In this document: positions 22,974 to 29,690 of the stretch, piece after piece
How the letters are laid out: each line of letters opens with the position of its first letter
Position numbering within the stretch: the stretch's first letter is position 1
From: Desulfobulbus propionicus DSM 2032
Lineage (GTDB): Bacteria; Desulfobacterota; Desulfobulbia; Desulfobulbales; Desulfobulbaceae
Reading direction: 5' to 3'
DNA length: 32,000 nt
NCBI RefSeq assembly: GCF_000186885.1
Contig: NC_014972.1
Location: 2,010,001 to 2,042,000 of the forward strand
Translations under genes and position numbers: made by a program
Notes under the pieces: generated by a model
The model's input: only the letters and a program-made list of their open reading frames with translations
What the model was told of the DNA's origin: nothing
The model's database searches: none

Positions 22974-23001
22974 TTGACAATAAAATTTCCGGATTTACTG
23001 T
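22974..23001 (+). promoter_or_regulatory. Sigma-70-like promoter: TTGACA, 16 nt spacer, TACTGT
   Basis: The -35 element is perfect at 22974-22979. The -10 candidate is at 22996-23001. It lies about 150 nt upstream of the sodA ATG. Confidence 0.4.
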
Positions 23002-23149
23002 TTTGTTTACAACAGGGAGGGACGAGGTCCAGTTTCTACGAACAAGGGTATTTTTCTCCCGGATCATCCGAACGCGCTGTTGGTTGACCAGCATCTGCCC
23101 TGATCGCAGGTGCTTGCAAAACGACAACAATCAATGGACGAGGTATCCC

Positions 23150-23755
23150 ATGGAACATACACTGCCCCCATTACCCTACGCCTATGACGCATTGGAACCC
23201 TTCATCGATGCCCGCACCATGGAGATTCACCATACCAAACATCACCAGGCCTACATCACCAACCTCAACGCTGCACTCGGAGAACAGCCCGCTCTCGGCG
23301 AATTGAGCGTGGAAAAACTCCTGCACAATCTCAACGAGGTACCCGAGAACATCCGCACAGCAGTGCGCAATCACGGTGGCGGTCATGCCAACCACAGCTT
23401 CTTCTGGCCTCTGTTGAAGAAGGATGTGGCGGCCAAGGGGCCAGTGATCGAGGCCCTTAGCGATAAATACGGCGATTTCGATGCCTTCAAGGATCAATTT
23501 TCCACGGCCGCGATCAAGCTGTTCGGCAGTGGCTGGGCCTGGCTGGTGGTGGACAAGGGGAACCTGGAAATCATCACCACCCCCAATCAGGACAGCCCGC
23601 TCATGAACGGCAAGATTCCGGTGCTTGGCCTTGATGTTTGGGAACACGCCTACTACCTGCTCTATCAGAACCGGCGGCCCGACTATGTGGCTCAGTTTTT
23701 CAAGGTGATCAACTGGGAGAAAGTCAACGAGCACTATCTTGCGGCCATCGGCTGA
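23150..23755 (+). CDS. sodA: Fe/Mn-family superoxide dismutase with Mn-type signature residues
   Basis: The translation begins [35 protein letters not shown].... [13 protein letters not shown] and TPNQDSPL resemble the Mn-type pattern, and DVWEHAYYL is a ligand block. The tracked ORF 22778-23755 is an upstream in-frame extension through intergenic AT-rich DNA. Confidence 0.9.
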   Translation: MEHTLPPLPYAYDALEPFIDARTMEIHHTKHHQAYITNLNAALGEQPALGELSVEKLLHNLNEVPENIRTAVRNHGGGHANHSFFWPLLKKDVAAKGPVIEALSDKYGDFDAFKDQFSTAAIKLFGSGWAWLVVDKGNLEIITTPNQDSPLMNGKIPVLGLDVWEHAYYLLYQNRRPDYVAQFFKVINWEKVNEHYLAAIG

Positions 23756-23781
23756 CGCAGTCGATACCGGTTGCCAGTGCA

Positions 23782-23821
23782 AGCCCTTGTTCTTTCCCAT
23801 GGAAAGGGCAGGGGCTTTTTT
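23782..23821 (+). terminator. Rho-independent terminator after sodA
   Basis: The outer stem is AGCCC/GGGCT and the inner stem is CTTTCC/GGAAAG (loop CAT). A T6 run follows. Confidence 0.75.
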
Positions 23822-23884
23822 GTGGGTCGATCACCCGATCTGATCGCGCACCCCCATCCAAGAGACGAAAGCAACAGCAATATC

Positions 23885-23912
23885 TGGACTCCAGCCGCCA
23901 TTCCGCTATAAT
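23885..23912 (+). promoter_or_regulatory. Sigma-70-like promoter: TGGACT, 16 nt spacer, TATAAT
   Basis: The -10 TATAAT is perfect at 23907-23912. It lies about 80 nt upstream of ATG 23994. Confidence 0.45.
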
Positions 23913-23993
23913 AAAGAATCACTTCTCCATGTTTGCCGTGCTCAGCCGTTGTATCGGCGACGATTTTTCTTTTTCCTCCCGTTGCGGTTGTCC

Positions 23994-26447
23994 ATGAAGT
24001 GTTCTTTTCTGTGTGTGCTCAGCCTCCTGCTCCTTCTTCTCACCCCGCCGGTCATCCGTGCCGACAACCGGTTGCAAACCGTGACCCTGCAGCTCAAATG
24101 GACCCATGCCTTCCAGTTTGCCGGCTATTACACGGCCCTGGAAAAGGGCTATTACCGGGAGGCCGGCCTGGATGTCCGCATTGTCGAGGGACAGCCGGGG
24201 AGCAATCCGGCTGATGCGGTGCTGCGCGGCGAGGCCCAGTACGGCATCGGCAACACGTGTCTGCTGCTCCGACGCAGTCAGGGGCAGCCGGTGGTGGTGC
24301 TGGGCGTAATCTTCCAGCATTCGCCCATGGTCATTCTCGCACGAAAAACCGGACCGACGCAGAGCATCCATGACCTGGCCGGCAAGCGGTTGATGCTTGA
24401 ACCGGAAACCGACGAGCTGACGGCTTATCTCAACAAGGAGGGTTTGAAGGATAAGGTGACCTTGGTGGAACACCGCTTTGACATGCAACCGCTGCTTGAC
24501 GGTTCGGTGGATGCCATGGCCGCCTTTGTCTACGACGAGCCCCACCAGCTGGAGCATGTGGATTTTGCCTATGCGCTGTTCAATCCACGCTCGGCGGGCA
24601 TCGATTTCTACGGCGACAACCTGTTCACCACCGAAGCTGAAATCAGACAGCATCCCCGGCGCGCCGAGGCCTTCCGGGCCGCCAGCCTGCGCGGCTGGCA
24701 GTATGCCATGGCCCATCCCGAGGAAATCATCCATCTCATTCTCGCCAAATATCCCACTCGGCAAGACCGGGGCGCCCTGCTCCACGAGGCACGGCAAATG
24801 AAGGAGCTGATGCAGCCGGACCTGATCGAGGTGGGTTACATGCATCCCGGGCGCTGGCGGCACATCGCCGACACCTATGCCGAACTGGGCATGCTCCCCG
24901 GCGACTTCCGCCTGGAGGGATTTCTCTACCAGCCCGATCCCTTTTTCCGCTACGACCTGCTGCTGCGGTGGAGCGCCGGGATCCTGGTGGTGCTGACCGT
25001 CTCGGTCTGGCTGATGATCCGTTTTTCCCGCATTGCCCGCAAGGCGAGGCAGAGCGAGCAACGCCACCGGCTGCTGGCCGATAATGTCACCGATGTGATC
25101 TGGACCTTGGACCTCGAGGGACGATTCACCTATGTCAGCCCCTCGGTCAAAAAACTGCGCGGCTACACCCCCGAGGAAGTGATGCGCGGCACCCTCCTGG
25201 ACACGCTGACCCCGGAATCAGCCACGGTTGCCAAGCAAAAACTGATCGAATTCAGGAAGGAGGTGCGGTCGGGCAGTGCATTGCGCCTCTTTCGCGGCGA
25301 ACTGGAACAGCCCTGTAAAGGCGGCGGAACGGTCTGGACCGAGGTCAACTGCGCGCCGCTGGTGGGCGCCGACGGCACGGTGGTCGGGATTGTCGGCGTG
25401 ACCCGCGACATCAGCGAGCGCAAACGGATGGAGGCGGAATTGCGCCGGCTGGCCACCACCGATCCACTGACCGGGGCCTACAACCGGCGTTTTCTCTACG
25501 AAAAGGCAACACAAGAACTGGAGCGAAGCCGCCGTTTCAAGCAACCGTTGAGCTTTCTCCTGGTGGATATCGACTGGTTCAAGCGGATCAACGATGCCCA
25601 CGGCCACGACATCGGCGACGAAGTGCTCAAGACGATGAGTCGGGCCTGCATGGGGCTGCTGCGGTCCATCGATCTGTTCAGCCGTTTGGGCGGCGAGGAG
25701 TTCGGCATCCTCCTGGTCAATACCGGCCGAGAGGGCGGGCACGTTTTTGCCGAACGGCTGCGCCATCATCTGGAACAGCTGGAGGTCGCCTGTCCGGGCG
25801 GCCCGATCCGCTTCACGGTCAGCATTGGCCTGGCGGTGTCCGACGACACGGTGGGCACGGTCAACGATCTGATTAAACAGGCGGATCTGGCCCTGTATGT
25901 GGCCAAGGCCAATGGCCGCAACCGAGTGGAATCAGCCGGCAGCTGCCGCCGCTCGCCGCAACCTGCGGGCACGTCGCTCAGCGCCGTCGCCCACCTGATC
26001 TGGGACGATCTGATGTGCTGCGGTCAGCCCACCATCGACGAGCAGCACCGTCGGCTGTTCGCCTTGGCCAACCAACTGCTCGACACCCCGTGGCCCGGAG
26101 AAAATGGTCAGTTGCCGGATGTCGCGCCGGTGGAGGCTTTTCTCGCCGAAATCACGGCCCACTTCCATGACGAGGAAAGCCTGCTGCGGACCGCCGGCTA
26201 TCAAGAAGTCAGCGAGCATGCGAAACTGCATCTTACCCTGGTCAATCAGGCTCGTGCCCTGCTGGAGCAGTGCAGAAACGGCAGTCTGTTGCCGGGTGAC
26301 CTGTCGCGCTTCATTGTCCAGGATCTGATGCACAATCACATGCTGCGCGACGACACCCGGTTTTATCCGTTGTTTGCGAATCCCCCGGCCCATGCGGCCA
26401 ACACGTCTGATCACCCTCCGGTCCACCCGGCAGACAGCCGGGCCTAG
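23994..26447 (+). CDS. Membrane diguanylate cyclase: periplasmic SBP-like (NMT1/SsuA-type) domain, TM, PAS, GGDEF (GGEEF), C-terminal hemerythrin-like domain
   Basis: The signal peptide is MKCSFLCVLSLLLLLLTPPVIRA. The SBP-like block is TLQLKWTHAFQFAGYYTALEKGYYREAGLDV. The TM is LLLRWSAGILVVLTVSVWLMI. A PAS domain is present (DVIWTLDLEGRFTYVSPS...). The GGEEF motif is at 25689-25703. The C-terminus has the hemerythrin ligand pattern (WDD...IDEQHRRLF; AHFHDEE; HAKLH; HNHMLRDD). Confidence 0.88.
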   Translation: MKCSFLCVLSLLLLLLTPPVIRADNRLQTVTLQLKWTHAFQFAGYYTALEKGYYREAGLDVRIVEGQPGSNPADAVLRGEAQYGIGNTCLLLRRSQGQPVVVLGVIFQHSPMVILARKTGPTQSIHDLAGKRLMLEPETDELTAYLNKEGLKDKVTLVEHRFDMQPLLDGSVDAMAAFVYDEPHQLEHVDFAYALFNPRSAGIDFYGDNLFTTEAEIRQHPRRAEAFRAASLRGWQYAMAHPEEIIHLILAKYPTRQDRGALLHEARQMKELMQPDLIEVGYMHPGRWRHIADTYAELGMLPGDFRLEGFLYQPDPFFRYDLLLRWSAGILVVLTVSVWLMIRFSRIARKARQSEQRHRLLADNVTDVIWTLDLEGRFTYVSPSVKKLRGYTPEEVMRGTLLDTLTPESATVAKQKLIEFRKEVRSGSALRLFRGELEQPCKGGGTVWTEVNCAPLVGADGTVVGIVGVTRDISERKRMEAELRRLATTDPLTGAYNRRFLYEKATQELERSRRFKQPLSFLLVDIDWFKRINDAHGHDIGDEVLKTMSRACMGLLRSIDLFSRLGGEEFGILLVNTGREGGHVFAERLRHHLEQLEVACPGGPIRFTVSIGLAVSDDTVGTVNDLIKQADLALYVAKANGRNRVESAGSCRRSPQPAGTSLSAVAHLIWDDLMCCGQPTIDEQHRRLFALANQLLDTPWPGENGQLPDVAPVEAFLAEITAHFHDEESLLRTAGYQEVSEHAKLHLTLVNQARALLEQCRNGSLLPGDLSRFIVQDLMHNHMLRDDTRFYPLFANPPAHAANTSDHPPVHPADSRA

Positions 26448-26995
26448 GCGGCGTGCTGTCGGACCCAGGCCACGTAGCGATCCATCCACCCCTGGAGAAA
26501 CGCTCTGCTGTCTGGGCCAATATTGCCCTCGGCATCGAAAAAGCCTTCCTTGACCTGAAGAAACGCCTCGGGCGCGCCCATGGTGGGTGTATCGAGATAG
26601 GCAAGAATATTACGCAAATGCTGTTGTGCCAGGGCGGTGCCGATAACCCCTATCGAAATGCCGAGCACGCCGGCCGGCTTCCCGGCCCAGACGCTCTGAC
26701 CATAGGGCCGGGAAGCGTGATCAATGGCATTCTTAAGCACGCCGGGGATGGAACGATTGTATTCCGGGGTGACAAACAACACCGCCTGGGCGGCGGCGAT
26801 TTCGCTCTTGAGCCGTTTGACCGATGGCGCCTGATTGGCGTCGTCATCCTGGTTGTACAACGGCAGATCACCGATCTCCACCTGTTTGAAAGTGAACTCC
26901 GGCGGCGCCAGCTTGGCCAAGGCCCTGGCCAGGGAACGGTTAAAGGAATCCTTGCGCAGACTTCCGATAACAACGGCGATGGTGTAGTGATTCAT
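26444..26995 (-). CDS. NAD(P)H-dependent FMN reductase (flavodoxin-fold, SsuE/YieF/ChrR-like)
   Basis: An AAGGAG RBS lies 7 nt before ATG 26995. The translation is MNHYTIAVVIGSLRKDSFNRSLA...LFVTPEYNRSIPGVLKNAIDHASRP. The tracked ORF extends to 27103, but the upstream part has no RBS support. Confidence 0.85.
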   Translation of the reverse strand: MNHYTIAVVIGSLRKDSFNRSLARALAKLAPPEFTFKQVEIGDLPLYNQDDDANQAPSVKRLKSEIAAAQAVLFVTPEYNRSIPGVLKNAIDHASRPYGQSVWAGKPAGVLGISIGVIGTALAQQHLRNILAYLDTPTMGAPEAFLQVKEGFFDAEGNIGPDSRAFLQGWMDRYVAWVRQHAA

Positions 26996-27127
26996 GAGAC
27001 GCTCCTTGAAAAAATGGGGCCAGCAGCAGGCGTGCCCCGGTTCTCCGCGATCATCGGCAACATGATCGACAGGCAATATGATGACTGTGGTTCGTCCTGA
27101 CAAACTATTGATCTGGATGCGATCTTA

Positions 27128-27146
27128 GTCAATAATTATTATCATC
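27128..27146 (-). promoter_or_regulatory. Fur-box-like operator overlapping the putative -35 of the FMN reductase promoter
   Basis: The minus strand reads GATGATAATAATTATTGAC, which matches 14 of 19 positions of GATAATGATAATCATTATC. In the 7-1-7 view it is TGATAAT-A-ATTATTG, with a perfect left half and 5/7 in the right half. The adjacent minus-strand TTGACT, 17 nt spacer, AATAGT is a plausible promoter. Confidence 0.45.
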
Positions 27147-27259
27147 TTCCACCGAAAACGAACTGTGCCCGTGACGATACCAAGGCATGATCCTCCCGCA
27201 ATGGTTGTGGCCACGACCTGTCGTCCCGGCTGTGCCGATGTTTGCTTCCCGACAAGGGC

Positions 27260-27288
27260 TTGACTTTGCCTTTTGCATGCCCTAAAAT
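27260..27288 (+). promoter_or_regulatory. Strong sigma-70-like promoter: TTGACT, 17 nt spacer, TAAAAT
   Basis: The -35 is at 27260-27265 and the -10 at 27283-27288. Spacing is optimal. It lies about 100 nt upstream of ATG 27394. Confidence 0.55.
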
Positions 27289-27326
27289 TACCAAACAGTA
27301 ATCTTAAACGTTCGAGACGCAACATC

Positions 27327-27364
27327 CACTCGGGTGCATCGACAACACCCGACGCACCCGAGTG
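27327..27364 (+). other. Leader hairpin: 11-bp perfect inverted repeat CACTCGGGTGC-N16-GCACCCGAGTG with alternative pairings
   Basis: Read directly. CGGGTG (27331-27336) can also pair with CACCCG at 27346-27351. GTGC (27362-27365) can pair with GCAC (27374-27377), just before the RBS AGAGGA. Confidence 0.4.
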
Positions 27365-27393
27365 CTACCGAGTGCACAACAGAGGAACCGACA

Positions 27394-27588
27394 ATGGAAA
27401 TCAATGGATTGAGTGGCACCATGGCCAGCCAACTGTACCAGCAGCAGACGCAAAAGAGCGCGGGACAGGTTGTGCAGCCCGCTCCGCCACCCCAACCGCA
27501 GCCCGAGGAAAGTGTTGCCACCCAAAACAGGGACACTGCCCAAGGCGCCGAAGCCGTGGCGTCAACGTCGATCAACGTCTACGCCTAA
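27394..27588 (+). CDS. Small Gln/Pro-rich hypothetical protein (64 aa)
   Basis: An AGAGGAA RBS precedes ATG 27394. The translation is MEINGLSGTMASQLYQQQTQKSAGQVVQPAPPPQPQPEESVATQNRDTAQGAEAVASTSINVYA. A strong promoter lies upstream. The sequence is low-complexity, so coding status is not certain. Confidence 0.45.
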   Translation: MEINGLSGTMASQLYQQQTQKSAGQVVQPAPPPQPQPEESVATQNRDTAQGAEAVASTSINVYA

Positions 27589-27598
27589 GACCAGTCGC

Positions 27599-28930
27599 TC
27601 ACCGCTCGCGGTCCTTCGCGGCCGTGACGGTGGGAGTGACGCAAAGGTTCTCCACCGGGCCGGCCAGGCGGCGCAGGGCGGAAAGAAAACGGGAGCGCAG
27701 GGTGTCGCCGAGCAGCGCTCGTTTGACCGGGGAGAGCCGCAAAAAACCGCCGACCAGACCGCGCATGAATGCCTGGGTCCGGCTCGCCGGATTGTCAAAA
27801 AGCAAGGTGTTCAGGGTGTCGCGCTCCAAGGCCTGGAGGATGACCCGCTCGAAACTGTCTTCCGGATGCACCACCTGCTGTTGCCGCTCGTGCAGTTTTA
27901 GGGCGCCGGTGGGACACCGCAGGGCGCAGACCCCGCACCCGAGGCAGAAGGAGCCGATCCGGGCGATTTTCTTGGCAGGCCGCGCCGGATCGTTCGCCGG
28001 TTCCATCCAGATCGCCTGGATCGGACACGCCTGGGCGCACAAGCCGCAGCCCTGGCAGCGGCTCGAATCCACCTGGGCCTCGAAGCTCGACGTTACCAAA
28101 ATTCCGGGATATCCTGTCTCCCGGATTCCCCGCAGCAAATTGCAGCAACACCCGCAACAATGGCAGATGAAACCCGCGCCCTGGCGCACGTTGTCCGTGG
28201 ACAGGGTCAGGCCCATATCCCGCGATCTGGCCAGGATGTCGCGCATCTGGGCCTTGTCGATGGGATGGGCGAAGCCGTTTCGGATCAGGAACTGGGCACC
28301 CGACCCCATGGAGGTGCAGGTTTCCATGGGTGTGCGGCACGGTTCGCGCCCCAGATGGTGTTTTTCATGGCGGCAGGAACACAGACCGAGAGCAAACTCG
28401 GATTGATCCTCGACCAGGGCCGAGGCCTTCTCGTAATCCAGAATCTCCACATGGTCGCCCAAGGTCTGTTCGTGGGGCAGGGCGCGCATCACCGACACCC
28501 GTTGACCATCGCCGAAATTGGCCGCGAGGAATGCCTTCTCCTTGAACATGTATCTTTCAAACAGTTCAGCCCAGCGGGCCAGGGGCAACTCCGGGCCGGT
28601 GCGCATCATCGTGAATTCAAAAAATCCGATCACCAGCGGGCTGACCATGTAGAGGTAACGGGCGCCATTCCAGATATCGAGCACCAATCCTTTGGCGCAC
28701 AACCCCTCAAGCATGGGCCGCAGCCGCTGCTCGGGCTCGCCGGTCATGCGGGCGATGCGCTCCAGGGTCGATGGGCGGTACGGCAGGCGGATAACCAACG
28801 CGGCCTCCGCCGGCTCATAGAGCGCTTCCACCAATTGCCGGAACACTGGCGTCCAAGGCGTGCGCACCGGTGCCTGATCGAGCCTCCTACCTAATTGGCG
28901 ATACAGGTCTTTGCCGATGACGTGTCCCAT
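27599..28930 (-). CDS. Fe-S protein: N-terminal winged-helix-like region, Cys-rich core with HCCGCCC motif, C-terminal 2x[4Fe-4S] ferredoxin domain (443 aa)
   Basis: A GGAGG RBS lies 7 nt before ATG 28930 (MGHVIGKDLY...), so the tracked start at 28957 is less likely. The wHTH-like block is STLERIARMTGEPEQRLRPMLEGLCAKGLVLD. Cys motifs are CSCRHEKHH...C...C, ICHCCGCCCN (28142-28165), CQGCGLCAQACP and CLGCGVCALRCP. Confidence 0.8.
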   Translation of the reverse strand: MGHVIGKDLYRQLGRRLDQAPVRTPWTPVFRQLVEALYEPAEAALVIRLPYRPSTLERIARMTGEPEQRLRPMLEGLCAKGLVLDIWNGARYLYMVSPLVIGFFEFTMMRTGPELPLARWAELFERYMFKEKAFLAANFGDGQRVSVMRALPHEQTLGDHVEILDYEKASALVEDQSEFALGLCSCRHEKHHLGREPCRTPMETCTSMGSGAQFLIRNGFAHPIDKAQMRDILARSRDMGLTLSTDNVRQGAGFICHCCGCCCNLLRGIRETGYPGILVTSSFEAQVDSSRCQGCGLCAQACPIQAIWMEPANDPARPAKKIARIGSFCLGCGVCALRCPTGALKLHERQQQVVHPEDSFERVILQALERDTLNTLLFDNPASRTQAFMRGLVGGFLRLSPVKRALLGDTLRSRFLSALRRLAGPVENLCVTPTVTAAKDRER

Positions 28931-29396
28931 GTTGTTCCTCCTGCCGTAAACGGTCACCCGATACCGTGCCCCTTTTCCCGCGTCCCAGAAACGGTCGATT
29001 TAGCGGGACCAAATCCAGTTTTCCGGGTCTTCCGGCGAGTTCCAAGCTGGTCACCGCGAAAAACCGTTGCGTCGACCAACACGCTTCCCGCCTATTCCTG
29101 CTGGGCCAACTTCTGAGGCATGGAATTACCTTGTTCTGCAATCAGGCAGAATGTAATGCAACATTCCACACAATGCCAAGGATGAACTCGACTCCGTGTC
29201 GTCGGCAACCGCCGCGCTGGCGGGCCTGGGCACCAACGGGCAGCAGGACACGCCCCCGTCACGGTCGCTCCGCACTTGAGGCCTGGATTTTCTTGCTTTT
29301 TGCTGGCAGACCCGTTAAGCCAAGACCATCTCTTGGCGGATAGACCTCATGCCTTCATCCGCTTCACCACGTTTTTTCATTGGGAACGGCGGCGCC

Positions 29397-29690
29397 ATGA
29401 CAGCAGACTCGCATCCATCGCCGGTTGAACCGCAGCAGCCGGACAGCAACCTGTCTAAGGCAAACAGGAAAAAACGCTATGATATCGCCTTTTATCACGA
29501 CTGGTGCAAGGCCTGCGGTCTCTGCATGGCCTTCTGTCCCCGGCAGGTCATTCAAGCAGACGAACACGGCAAGCCGCTGGTGACCGAGCCGGATGCCTGC
29601 ATCGGCTGCCGTTTCTGTGAGACCCACTGTCCGGATTTTGCCATCACGGTTAGTGAGCGCCAACCCCGGAGGAGGAAGGACGATGTCTGA
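29397..29690 (+). CDS. korD: 2-oxoacid:ferredoxin oxidoreductase delta (ferredoxin) subunit, KorD/OorD-like
   Basis: The dicluster motifs are CKACGLCMAFCP...CIGCRFCETHCPDFAI. The start is ambiguous (ATG 29349 or 29397, neither with a strong RBS). The stop overlaps the korA start. Confidence 0.8.
   Translation: MTADSHPSPVEPQQPDSNLSKANRKKRYDIAFYHDWCKACGLCMAFCPRQVIQADEHGKPLVTEPDACIGCRFCETHCPDFAITVSERQPRRRKDDV

Noticed and set aside
22882-23000. AT-rich island flanked by a 10-mer direct repeat, considered as a MITE or insertion with target-site duplication
   Set aside because: No terminal inverted repeats are present inside the direct repeats, and there is no transposase nearby. The second repeat coincides with the -10 candidate, so a promoter-related motif is the simpler explanation.
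22778-23149. N-terminal 124-aa extension of the SOD ORF (tracked as 22778-23755)
   Set aside because: The extension runs through the AT-rich intergenic island and has no SOD homology. The canonical N-terminus [17 protein letters not shown] starts at ATG 23150 with a GAGG RBS.
27394-27588. Small ORF as a YjfB-type motility protein or as a RiPP precursor
   Set aside because: Only the first residues and the C-terminal ...INVYA loosely recall YjfB-like proteins, and the central conserved helix is missing. The neighbouring Fe-S protein lacks a CxxxCxxC radical-SAM motif, and no peptidase or transporter genes for a RiPP cluster are present.
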